The notes: generated from the letters alone by a model not told the origin. 64,000 bases of DNA from an uncultured Acidobacteriota bacterium (GCA_963707795.1 OY970174.1:1179359-1243358), one strand, 5' to 3'. Shown: positions 32,834 to 42,930, counted from the first letter of the stretch. Translations and numbers: made by a program.

Positions 32834-34624
32834 CCTGACGCTCCGGCGAATGCGCGGGAAAGGAGCGACGGGGCCGCCGCCGCATTCGCGGGACCGATCT
32901 CGAGACGGGGGAGCAGCAAGCGCTCAGTACCGACGCCGACGACCCCCGGTTCGACGGTCACTGCGCGTGCGAAGCCGCAGACGCGGGCGGCCTCGACCGT
33001 CTCGCGGCTGTACTCGCCGTACGGGTAGGCGAGATTGTCGACCGGCTGACGCAACGCTCGCTGCAGCGCCACCTTGCAGTCGGCCATTTCGCGGACTTGG
33101 ACCTCGTACGGCTGGCGGGGCAGACATAAGTGATGCACCGTATGCGCGCCGATGTGGTGGTCCGGCTGCGCCGACAGCCGGACGGCCTCGTCAACCGTCA
33201 ACGTGCGATGCGAGGGCCGCGGCGACAGGTCGAGGCCGCTCCAGTCGCACACCCGGTCGAGCAGGGCGCGACGGGCGTCGGCGGGCAGCGGATAGGCCGC
33301 TTCCATCAGCGCGCGATGGGTCGCCCGCCGTTCCGCCTCGGTGGTTGTGCCGCGCACCAGGGCGCCGTCGCCATGGACATCGAGGGTGGGCGGCAGCGGC
33401 ACACCGGTGAGCAGCGCGCGTTCGAGTAAATCCCACCATGCCTCGTGGGCGAGGTCGAAGCGGTCGGTGTTGAGGTAGAACGTCGCCGGAATGCCGTACT
33501 CAACGAGGATGGGCGAGACGACCGTGAGGTGCTCGAGATACCCGTCATCGAAGGTGACCGCCACCGCGCGTGCGGGCAGCCGCCCCTGGCGTGCGGCTTG
33601 GACGAGATCGCCGAGCGCCATCGGCTGACACTCGTCCCGCACGTGGCGCATGTGCTCGCGAAAGACGCCAACATCGACGCACAGGTCGTGAACGTCCGGC
33701 TGGCGCGCCCCGACGCGGTGGTACAGCAGCACCGCGCCGCTGGGGCGGGCGTGCACGGCGCGCGCATCCAGAACGAGCCCCGGCGGTTCGGCGCTCGCGG
33801 CGCTGGTCGCCGGCGGCTTCACGGCGCGGACGCAGCAGATCAGCGGAAAGGCACGGTCGGTGTCGTCGAGAGCGCCGGCCGGCACTTCGCCGGGGTCCAG
33901 TCCGAGGAGGAACGCCGCGCACACCAGCACGTTGCCGTGCGTGGTGACTTCCACCGCCTCCACCGGAAAGGCCTCGGCCATCACCCTGCGAATCGACGCC
34001 TCGGTGAAGCGCCAGAAATCGCCATTGTCGAGACCGCCATCCTCGAACGAGATCCGACTCACGCACGGCACCGTGCACAGCAGCACACCGCCCGGCCGGA
34101 GGACGCGGAATGCCGTGGCCAGGACGGCTTGGATGTCATAGATGATGTGCAGGGTCTGGGTGAGGACGAAGCAGTCATAGGCCGCGGATGGGATCGCCCC
34201 TTCGCCGTCGGTCAGGTCAGCCATGATCGTCGCGGCGGCATTCGAGGTATCGACATCGATCACGTCGGCATGGGTCACGCGCGCGGCGCCGAAACGAGTC
34301 GTGTAGTACGCGTCCTTCACTTCGAGCACGCGGCCGCTGATGTCCTGGTGATGCCGCTCCAGAAAGCCCTCGATGTATGTACCGATCCAGCGGCCGGCCG
34401 CGGTCGAGTCCCCAGACCGGGCTGACAGGAGAAGTGCGACGAAGGTCCCCCCAGTCCAGCGCCGCACGCCCGTTCGCCTCGAGTTCGGCCGTCGCTGCCT
34501 GCAGCGCGGTACTCAGGTCGGCCAGGGACTGCTCCAGGCGGGACCGCTGCCCGAGCAGGTGGCGCTGATGCGCGCGCTGCTCTTCCAGGAAGCGATCCTT
34601 CTCAGTCAGCAGTTCGGTGGTCAT
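32830..34624 (-). CDS. Three-module protein: N-terminal coiled coil, class I SAM methyltransferase, NodB-type polysaccharide deacetylase; one 1-nt insertion near 34378
   Basis: ORF 34217..34624 (MTTELLTEKDRFLEEQRAHQ...DWGDLRRTSPVSPVWGLDRGRPLDRY) joins ORF 32830..34467 (YIEGFLERHHQDISGRVLEV...CFVLTQTLHIIYD...RPGGVLL; then VAVTFDDGYLEHL...PATFYLNTD...GAHTVHH). Removing one base restores DRYYIEGFLE, matching the paralog's DRYYIEQFLE. Confidence 0.82.
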
Positions 34625-35307
34625 CTGCGCGGTCGGCGGCGGATGGCGGCGATGGATCGGCTCATGGTTTCGACGTACGGCCCCCGGAGAATCGCCCGAC
34701 GGTAGCGGGACGACGGGCGCACCCGGTAGCGGAGCAGGGGCTCGGGCACGACCTCGCCGCGCAGCCCGCGCTCGATCGCCGACAGCCAGAAATCCAGGTC
34801 CTCATAGCCGGTCAGGCCCTCGTCGAACCCACCCACCGCCTGCCATAAATTCCGGCGGAACATCGTCGAGACGTGCGGCCCTCCGCGCACGAACGTCTGC
34901 ACCCAGGTGCACGGCGGCGGCGTCCACACGTAGCTGGCGTCACCGAAGGCCTCGATGCCGGTGGTCACGAAATCGAGATTGGACCGCTCGTCGAGCAGGC
35001 CGGCCAGGCGCGCGAGATACTCGGCGTGCAGCGCGTCGTCGGCGTCGAGCAGGACGATGTACGGCGAGTGGGTCAGGCCGACGCCCAGGCCTCTGGCCGC
35101 GGCGACGCCGCGGTTCGGAGTTCGCACGACGCAGGTCCCGCGTCGGGCCTCCGCCGCCAGGGCCCACTGCGTGTGCGGGTCGTCCGAGCCGTCGTCGACG
35201 ACGACCAGCTCGGTGGCCGGCCGCGTCTGCCGGTGTACGCTGTCGAGCGCCTCGGCGATGAAGCGCCCGAGGTTGTGGCACGCGATGACGACGGCGATGG
35301 GTGTCAT
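34621..35307 (-). CDS. Family 2 glycosyltransferase
   Basis: 228 aa with IAVVIACHNLGRFIAEALDSVHRQT, ELVVVDDGSDD, VLLDADD and GGFDEGLTGYEDLDFW. Confidence 0.88.
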   Translation of the reverse strand: MTPIAVVIACHNLGRFIAEALDSVHRQTRPATELVVVDDGSDDPHTQWALAAEARRGTCVVRTPNRGVAAARGLGVGLTHSPYIVLLDADDALHAEYLARLAGLLDERSNLDFVTTGIEAFGDASYVWTPPPCTWVQTFVRGGPHVSTMFRRNLWQAVGGFDEGLTGYEDLDFWLSAIERGLRGEVVPEPLLRYRVRPSSRYRRAILRGPYVETMSRSIAAIRRRPRR

Positions 35308-35319
35308 CGGAGCCGCCCG

Positions 35320-36773
35320 CTATTTCCGGGCGCGAACAGAAACGAGCGCCGGAAAATACGGATTGTGCGTTTCGAACTCGTGCGGGGTGAGCTCGTGACA
35401 GGCGAGACCGTACAGGAAGGCGATATTGACGAGCACGTTGCCGTACGCCCGCACGTCGAGCCGGTCGGGTGCGAAGCACTCTTCGAACAGGCGGCGGGCG
35501 GCCGCCGGCGCGAACCGCCAGAAGTCCCCATCTGGTCCCTGCTCCGGCGCCAGCCGGCTGGCGAATGGCAGGGTCGCGAGCAGCACCCCGTCCGGCTTCA
35601 GAATCCGCGCGCACTCGCGCAGCACCGCCCGCACGTCGTAGATCACGTGCAGCGTCTGCGTGAGGATCACGCAGTCGTAGCTGTCCGAGGCGATAACGTC
35701 GGCGCGGCGCAGGTCGGCGGAAATCGTCGCGCGCTGGTTCGTGGGATCGATATCGAGCACGTCCGACCGCACGACGCGACTGCCGCCATAGGCGCGGGTG
35801 TAGTCGTCGTCGTGCACTTCGAGCACGTCGCCGTGCACATCGGCGGCGTGCGCCTCGAGAAACTGTTCGATGTAGTAGCGGTCGATGCAGCGGCCGCGAT
35901 CGGCGCCCCAGTCCGTGCTGATGGGGGTCAGCCGCGCGAAGTCGCCCCATTCGAAGCGAGAGCGGCCGGTGCCCAGCAGCGCCGCTGCGGCCCCGGCCAC
36001 CGCGGCATCCGCTCGCTGTTGCTCCTGTTCGCCGGCGCGCAGCCGTTCGCGCAGGGCGGCCTGCGTGCGCCGCATCTCCTCGAGGCGCCGTTCGCGCCGG
36101 CCCAGCGCCGCCGCCGCGTGTTCCGCAAACAGGGCACGGTGGCGGGCGAGGGCGGCCGTCAGGCCGGCTGACGCCGATGCGCCCCCTGGCGCCGGCGCCG
36201 AACGGCGCACCAGGAGCGGTTCGTCGACGGCGATGCCGCGCCCCCCGGCGGCGAGGACGCGAATCCAGAAGTCGTAGGCGACGTGTTGCTCGAGATCCTC
36301 CGCAAAGCCGCCGGCCTGGTCCCAGACGTCCCGGCGGAAGAGCGTGGCCGGATGGTACGAGATCGGGATCGCTCAGCACGGAGGACAGCGACACATCCGG
36401 TGCGTCCGGCCGCAGGGTCATGCCGCCCGGCCATCGGCTCCCGGTGGTGACGAAGGCGGCCGACTCGGCCGCCGCCCAGGTCGAGGCGACGTAGCGCGGC
36501 GCCAGCGCGTCGTCCGGATCGAGGAGGCCGATCCAGGCGCCGCGACTGGCGCGGACGGCGGCGTTGAGCAGGGCCCCCTGGCGCCCGTCCTCGCCGCAGA
36601 CGACCCGAACGCCGCGCCGGGCGATGGCCTGTCGCTGCCCCGAGGCGAGCAACCGTGGCGGGGCCTCGATCATCACCACCTCGTGCGGCGGCAGCGTCTG
36701 GCCGAGCGCACTGTCGATGGCGTTCAGCACCTGCGCGCCGGTGCCGACGATCGACAAGCGACAACGAGGTCAT
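35320..36773 (-). CDS. GT2 glycosyltransferase - coiled coil - class I SAM methyltransferase fusion; 1-nt frameshift near 36355
   Basis: The N-terminal part lies in ORF 34940..36757 (SIVGTGAQVLNAIDSALGQT...LLDPDDAL). After the shift it reads YHPATLFRRDVWDQAGGFAEDLEQHVAYDFW...LLV, continuing into ORF 35320..36210 (coiled coil RRERRLEEMRRTQAALRERLRAGEQEQQ, then FEWGDF...DRYYIEQFLE...VILTQTLHVIYD...KPDGVLL). The start is either in-frame TTG 36757 or ATG 36773; the latter makes an ATGA overlap with the upstream stop but would need a second indel. Confidence 0.78.
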
Positions 36774-37835
36774 GGCTGGCCGGCGGTGAGGCGCATCACC
36801 AGATTGTGCACCGCGCGCAGCGGCGCCGTCAGCCGCCAGCTCCGCGACCGCCGCAGGCCCGTGACCTCCGCCGACGCCGCTGCGAGCGCTGCGGCGGCGT
36901 CGTGCAAACGCCTCTCCAGCTCGGCGACACGGGTGCGGGCGATGCGCTCGGCCTCGACCTGACGCAGCTTCTCCTGCAGACCCTCCAGCTCCTCCTGCCG
37001 CCGCGCGACGAGCGGCTGGAGCGAACCCGTGATCTCGCGCTCGATGTCGTCGTTGGCGCGGAGCAGGTCGGCCACGTCACCGTCCTTGCGCGCCAGGACT
37101 TCCGGCAGATGCGCCTGGTAGCTCGCGTGATGCTTCTCGATCAGGTAAGTCATCAAGGCGAGGTGGACGTCGCCGCTGCAGCAGGTCAGGCTCATCGAGT
37201 CGGGGCGGCGGCGGTAGCGGAACAGCACTTCGGGAATGATGGCACCGGCGTAACCCCGGGCGACCAGGGAGATCCACAGGTCCCAGTCCTCGTAGCCCTG
37301 CGCCGGCATGCCCTCGTCGTAGCCGCCCACGGCCAGCACGGCGGAGCGGCGCACGATTGCCGCGGTGCAGACCGTGCATTCGGCGAGCAGCGTGGCCAGG
37401 TCGCAACGGTGTTGGCGCCACACCCAGCTCTCGTCGCCGAAGGTTTCCAGCCAGCTCGAGACGAATGCCACCGACGGGTCGGCCTCGAGGATTGCGCTCG
37501 CCTTGGCGAAATAGTCGGGGAGCAGTGCATCGTCCGCATCGAGCGCACAGACGTAGCGGCCGGTGGCCGACTGGATGCCGAGGTTGCGGGCGGCGGCGAG
37601 GCCGCGGTTCGCGGTGGTCAGCACGCGGGTCTTCGGCCGCTGGAAGTCGCGCAGCAGATTGTTGGTCGCCGGATTGGTGGACCCGTCGTTGACCACGATG
37701 ATTCTCGATGTCGTCGCAAGTCTGGGCGAGGGCGCTGTCCACGGCCTCGCCGACGAACGAACCGAGGTTGTAGCAGGGAATGATGACCGATATTTTCGGC
37801 GGCGCCATCCGGTTCCTGTCCTCGTCGTCGCCCAT
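36770..37835 (-). CDS. GT2 glycosyltransferase with C-terminal coiled coil; 1-nt insertion near 37702
   Basis: ORF 37077..37835 gives MGDDEDRNRMAPPKISVIIPCYNLGSFVGEAVDSALAQTCDDIE. ORF 36770..38035 continues IIVVNDGSTNP...ALDADDAL...GGYDEGMPAQGYEDWDLW. A coiled coil follows (REITGSLQPLVARRQEELEGLQEKLRQVEAERIARTRVAELERRL), ending in RSRSWRLTAPLRAVHNLV. Confidence 0.82.
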
Positions 37836-37955
37836 GCCGGCGTCCGGCGCGTACCGGGCCTTCCGCGGGCGGCGGGGCCGACCACATCGCCCGTTCGATG
37901 ATACCCCACGGCGCGCGGCCGGAGCGGCGGTCGGGCCGCCCCGCCGGCGGAACGA

Positions 37956-39179
37956 TCATGGTGCGCGCGGCAGCGCACGTAGCCTGGCGGCGACAGACGA
38001 AATCTGGAGCAGCCGCTGGTAGAGCGCGCGGGCAATGAACCGATTGCCGCGAACGGTGTAGTGGCCTTCGCTCCCGGGATAGGGGAGCTCGCCCACCTTG
38101 AAGAAGAAGGTCTCGGCTTCGGGCCGCGGGACGGCGTCCAGCGCCGGGACGAGGTCGATCAGCGCCAGGCCGTGTCTGGCGGCTGCCTCGTGCGCGAAGG
38201 TGCGCCATGGGTGCGGCACGCCGCCGCCATACTCCTCCTCACCGGGCAGGTACACCAAAACCAGCTCGCTGCCGCGAGCGTCGTGCCAGTCACGAAGCGA
38301 CTCGAACAGTTTCTCGGCGACCGGGCGCACCGCATCGTCTGGCCCTCCGCTCGGCATCGCCCAGATGCTGGCGGCGGGCGCCGCCGGCCCGCGCAGGACA
38401 CGGCGGAACAACTGGGCGAGACGAAAGTCGCTCGCCGTGCGGCCCATGCTCCGCAGGTGTACGGACAGTGCCGATTGCGGCGGCACAGGGACGTGGCGGA
38501 CGACCAGGCGATCGTCCTCGACGGCGAGCGTCGGCTTGGCGTAGCCGAGGAACGTCTCGCCCCGCATCCGCGAGAAGTCGTCACTGATGAAGGCCAGGAC
38601 ATGGACGTCGTGGTCGAGGAGCACGCCGTCTCGCATATACCAGAGCCACGCCTGGTCCAGGCCATACCCGCCCTGACCCATGTTGACCGGCTCAATCCCG
38701 GGATCGAGCGCGGCCAGGGCATTGCACCAGGCGTCGTCGTTGGCGACCCCATAACCCAGCGTGAAGGAATCGCCCGAACAGATCAGCCGCAAGCGACCGG
38801 GGGGAACCGCACGGGCAAAGGGGCGATCACTGCGGAAGCCCTGGGCGTTGGTGCGCAAGGAGATCCCCGGACCGTACATGTCCGGAATGACGAGATCGGG
38901 TATGTTGACCCATCCCAGTTCGGGGTCGTGCCGCACGTGAATCCGTTCCGCCAGCGTCCGACTCTGTTCGACGGCCAGATCGGCGACGACGAGGAGGCTG
39001 GCCAGGCCTTCCAGCGCGAGAATCATCACGACCGCGACGGCGATCAGGATCGCGGTTCGCGTGATCGGGTTCACGAACGTCGGCCGTCCCGGTTGCGTCG
39101 CCAGGTCGTCACCCTCGAATGCGCCGGATAGTACCACGCGGGTTGGGAGCATTCGCGCGCGGCGCCGGTCGCGACGCAT
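37956..39179 (-). CDS. SGNH/GDSL-type hydrolase/acyltransferase-like protein with N-terminal TM anchor
   Basis: A TM segment ILIAVAVVMILALEGLASLLVV is followed by a GDS block (LICSGDSFTLGYGV). The start was chosen at ATG 39179 (alternatives 39152 or 39299), because 39299 would overlap the divergent gene. Confidence 0.65.
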   Translation of the reverse strand: MRRDRRRARMLPTRVVLSGAFEGDDLATQPGRPTFVNPITRTAILIAVAVVMILALEGLASLLVVADLAVEQSRTLAERIHVRHDPELGWVNIPDLVIPDMYGPGISLRTNAQGFRSDRPFARAVPPGRLRLICSGDSFTLGYGVANDDAWCNALAALDPGIEPVNMGQGGYGLDQAWLWYMRDGVLLDHDVHVLAFISDDFSRMRGETFLGYAKPTLAVEDDRLVVRHVPVPPQSALSVHLRSMGRTASDFRLAQLFRRVLRGPAAPAASIWAMPSGGPDDAVRPVAEKLFESLRDWHDARGSELVLVYLPGEEEYGGGVPHPWRTFAHEAAARHGLALIDLVPALDAVPRPEAETFFFKVGELPYPGSEGHYTVRGNRFIARALYQRLLQISSVAARLRALPRAP

Positions 39180-39241
39180 GTGCGGCCACTGCGACGACGA
39201 ACTCACGAGGATGAGCGCATGAGCAGGACTGTCTGCGTCGC

Positions 39242-40592
39242 ATGACGACCCGTCGCCGCCGCGGCCTCGGGTGGGTGTTCGTCCTGGCTTTGCTGGCACG
39301 ATTGCTGTTCATCGTCGTCTTCAGCCTTGACGACCCGGCACGCCTGCAGCGAACCATCGGCAGAGACGGGACCGAAATCGGCCGCATCGCGGTCAACCTG
39401 TCCGAGGGTCGGGGCTACAGTTCGCCGTTCGATGTTGGCAACCAGCCGACCGCGTGGGTGTGTCCCGCAGTCCCCGCCCTCTGGGCCGCGATCCTGATCG
39501 TCGCCGGCGGTGACACGCCCGAGGCCATGCTCGCGGTGTGGCTGTCGCAGGCACTGGCGAGCAGCCTGGCGGCGGTGTTCTACGTCGCCAGCCTGCGGCG
39601 CGTGCTGCCGGTGCCTCCCGAGAGTTTCGGGCTGACGTGGTGGGCGCTCACCGTCGGTACTCTGGCCGGAGTCGATTCTGCGGATCACCGAACTCTGGTA
39701 CTACACCTGGCAGGAGCTGGGGGTCGCCGTTCTCGTGTGGCTCGGGATTGCGTGGCACGAGAATCCCAGCCGCAGGAACGCGGTACGGCTTGGCGTGGCC
39801 GGCGGCGCGGTCGCACTGGTCAACATCACCCCGCTGCCGGTGTTCCTGCTGGCCCTCGGACGGCCGCTGGTCGGCCGGGTGGCCGCGGGCGTCCGTGCTC
39901 GGGCGGCCCTGGCAGTCGGAATCGCGGCTCTGATGGTGACTCCGTGGCTGGTGCGGAACGCCATCGTGTTCGGATCGCCGGTCCTGCTGCGCGGCAACGC
40001 CGGCTTCGAGCTCTGGCAGGGCAACAACCCGCGGGCCGCGATCCGGCAGACCAGCGATTCGGTGCATCCAGGGATCGACGGGCGTGAACTGCGGCGGTAT
40101 CAGGAGATCGGCGAGGTGGCCTACAACCGCGAGAGCTTTGCCCAGGCGATCGACTGGATGCGCCTGCATCCGCGGCAGGTCGCCGTCAACGCCGCGGCAC
40201 GGGTTTACGTGACCTGGTGCACGGACCTGACGGATCGCTGGTCATGGGACGGGCGGCCATGGTGGACGATGGCGCACATCGGGTGGTTCGTCATCGCGCG
40301 TCAGGTGAGCTCGTCGGCCACGGCGGTCGCGGCGCTCGCTGCCGTGGTGGTCGCGCTGCTGGCGGGAAGCCTGCGCCGCGTGCCCCATGCCGTCCTCCTT
40401 CTCGGCGTGCCGCTCCTGATTCCGCTTCCGCACTATCTGACACAAATCGATCCGTCGTACGTCGCGTTCACGCGTGTGTGGCTGGTGATCATCGCCATCG
40501 CGGCGCTCGCACACCACCGGCGTTCCGGCGCGCAGCCCCACGCTGTCTGGACGCGGGTTGCCGACTCGCGGCAGCACCGGTCGCGGCCATGA
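39242..40592 (+). CDS. GT-C fold membrane glycosyltransferase (PMT_2/ArnT-like); 1-nt insertion near 39670
   Basis: ORF 39242..40087 (LGWVFVLALLARLLFIVVF...DGTEIGRIAVNLSEGRGYSSPF...) joins ORF 39735..40592 (SILRITELWYYTWQELGVAVLVWLGIAWHE..., more TM helices). The protein is polytopic throughout. Confidence 0.7.
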
Positions 40593-42892
40593 GGAGCTGG
40601 GACGTGCCGACGTGGTCCCACGCCGCCCTGTTCGCGGCGTTCCCCCTGGCGCTGTGGCTGAAGCTCGTCATCATCGGTCGCAGCCTCTCGTGCTGCGGTG
40701 CCTTTCCCGAGCACGTGCACCCGCTGAGCGCCACTGCCGCCATCCTGCTGCTGATGACAGCGGTCGTGGTGCGGCTGGCGCCGGTGGCACGGCTCGCCGG
40801 CTGGCTGATCGCCGCTTCCGTGCTGACCACCATCGCGCTCGCCGACCTGGTGTACTTCCGGTTCTTCGGTGACCTGCTGTCGGTCTACGAGGCGGCGGCC
40901 GCCTGGCAGCTGTCGATGGTGCACGCCAGCGTCATCACGGCGCTGCGCTGGAGCGATCTCCTCTACTGGGCTGATGTCGTCCTCGGCCTGAGTGTCGTCG
41001 CCCTGCTCCGGCGTCGGCGCGTCACCGGCCAGGACGCGGGTGCGCGGGCCGGCCGCCGGGCGCAGGCCGCACTCGTCGTGCTCGGTATCCTCTTGCTGCT
41101 GCCGTCGCTGCGCCTGGTGGCGCGCGACCCTGACGGGGTGTTCGAGTACACGATCGGGCGCCGCCAGGTTGTCGCAGCCATCGGCCTGGTGGGTTATCAC
41201 CTGCACGACGCGGCCGCGTTTGTCGTTCGCGACGCGCGCGACCGGCGCGCGGTGGGCGAGACCGGGCGGCAGCGCGTCCGCGAGTCGTTCACGGCGCGGC
41301 AGGCCGCGCGCCACCCGCCGTCGCCGCTGGCGGGCGTCGCCACCGGCCGCAATCTCATCGTGGTGCAGGTGGAATCGCTGCAGGCGTTTGCGGTGGGGCT
41401 GACCATCGAGGGGCGTGACGTCACGCCGCGGCTGTCACAGTTCGCGCGCGAGAGCCTGCATTTCACCAGGTTCTTCGACCAGACCTACGGCGGCGCGACG
41501 TCGGACGCGATCTTCTCGTCGCTGCAGTCGCTGCACCCGCTGCCGGTGGGCGCCGTGGCGACGCGCTATCCCGCCATCCCGTACCGCGGACTGCCCGCCG
41601 TGCTGGGAGCCGCCGGCTACGACACGCTCGCCGCAACCGGGACCCGCGGCGAATTCTGGAATCTGCGCCTGTTGTTGCCCGCCCTCGGATTCGGCCGCTC
41701 GCTGTTTCCCGAACACCTGGAACCAGGCGAGACGTTCGGCCAGGGTTTGTCCGATGCCGACGTGTTTCGCCAGATGCCGCGGCGCCTGGACGGACTGCGC
41801 GAGCCGTTTTTCGGCTTCATCGCATCGGTCTCCAGCCACCATCCGTTCCGCGACGGGCCGCGGAATCCACCGCCGTTCGAGCTCGGCGCCCTGCGCGGGA
41901 CTGAGCTTGGCGGCTACCTGGCGCTCGTGCACTATTTCGACCGCGCATTCGGCACGCTGCTCGACGGCTTGCGCGAATCAGGGCGCTTGGACAGGTCCAT
42001 CATCGTGGTGTACGGCGATCACGAAGCCTTTCTCGAGCAGACGCCGGCCCTGCACCGTCACGCCGGGATTGCCTCCGATGACGGGTTCGCCCGTTGGCGG
42101 CTGCGACATCGCCTGCCCCTCATGGTCCGGCTGCCGAACGGCGCGCACGCGGGCGAGCACACCGTGACGGCCGGGCACCTGGATATCGCGCCCACGCTGC
42201 TGTCGCTGCTCGGCGTCACCGACCGCGGCAGTGTCATGCTCGGGCGAGACCTCACGACCGGCGAGGAACAGCCGGTGGTGTTTCGCAACGGCGGTGTCGC
42301 GACGCGCGACGGGTATGCGATCGTCGCCGACGAGGGGCAGACCTGCTATCGCGGGAGCGCGGTGACAGACTGTGTGGCGCTCGCCGGCGAGCAACGCGCG
42401 GCGGTCGAACGCTTGGAGCTGTCCGATCTCACGTTGCGCGGCGGCATTCCGTGGCCGCTGCCCGCCGGACCGGCGCTGATACGCGCGCGGCTGGAAACGC
42501 TCGCGCCGGCGCACGGCGAGGCGCCCCAATCCGGGGCCGGCACGCCCCTCGTCGGCGGGGACGATTTCGTTTCCCCCGCGCCGAGCGGGAGTTCCTTCGT
42601 CATCGACACCGCGCGTCGCCACGTGAACGTCGCCTTTACGCCGTTCCTGGACGCGCCGGCACGGGAGTCTGGGCCAGGCGGGGTGCTGTTTCAGGTCCTC
42701 GGCGACGGCGCGCTGCTGTTCGAGCGCCTGCTGCGGCCCGGCGAGGCGAGCGGGCCGGTGGTGATGCCGATCGCGGACGGCAGCCGGCAGCAGGTGGTGC
42801 TGACCTTCGTCACCACACCGGGAGGCCAGGGTGCCGGGGGTGGATATCCGTCCGTGTGGAAGGACGTCGCGATCATCGTCGAGCGCCCGTAA
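40589..42892 (+). CDS. LTA-synthase-like (LtaS/sulfatase-fold) membrane phosphotransferase with extra C-terminal beta-rich domain
   Basis: ATG 40589 makes an ATGA overlap with the upstream stop. Five N-terminal TM helices are followed by a sulfatase-fold domain (NLIVVQVESLQAF...GGATSDAIFSSLQSL...SVSSHHPF...VVYGDHEAF). The last ~110 aa are an unassigned domain. Confidence 0.8.
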   Translation: MRSWDVPTWSHAALFAAFPLALWLKLVIIGRSLSCCGAFPEHVHPLSATAAILLLMTAVVVRLAPVARLAGWLIAASVLTTIALADLVYFRFFGDLLSVYEAAAAWQLSMVHASVITALRWSDLLYWADVVLGLSVVALLRRRRVTGQDAGARAGRRAQAALVVLGILLLLPSLRLVARDPDGVFEYTIGRRQVVAAIGLVGYHLHDAAAFVVRDARDRRAVGETGRQRVRESFTARQAARHPPSPLAGVATGRNLIVVQVESLQAFAVGLTIEGRDVTPRLSQFARESLHFTRFFDQTYGGATSDAIFSSLQSLHPLPVGAVATRYPAIPYRGLPAVLGAAGYDTLAATGTRGEFWNLRLLLPALGFGRSLFPEHLEPGETFGQGLSDADVFRQMPRRLDGLREPFFGFIASVSSHHPFRDGPRNPPPFELGALRGTELGGYLALVHYFDRAFGTLLDGLRESGRLDRSIIVVYGDHEAFLEQTPALHRHAGIASDDGFARWRLRHRLPLMVRLPNGAHAGEHTVTAGHLDIAPTLLSLLGVTDRGSVMLGRDLTTGEEQPVVFRNGGVATRDGYAIVADEGQTCYRGSAVTDCVALAGEQRAAVERLELSDLTLRGGIPWPLPAGPALIRARLETLAPAHGEAPQSGAGTPLVGGDDFVSPAPSGSSFVIDTARRHVNVAFTPFLDAPARESGPGGVLFQVLGDGALLFERLLRPGEASGPVVMPIADGSRQQVVLTFVTTPGGQGAGGGYPSVWKDVAIIVERP

Positions 42893-42930
42893 CGACGCCC
42901 GCGCGGGGGTTTCGGGTTCCGGCTGCGCAG

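Noticed and set aside
42893-42930. Bidirectional terminator between the convergent LtaS-like and GT2 genes (palindrome cccgcgcggg)
   Set aside because: The stem is very short with no loop or U-tract, which is insufficient to call a terminator.
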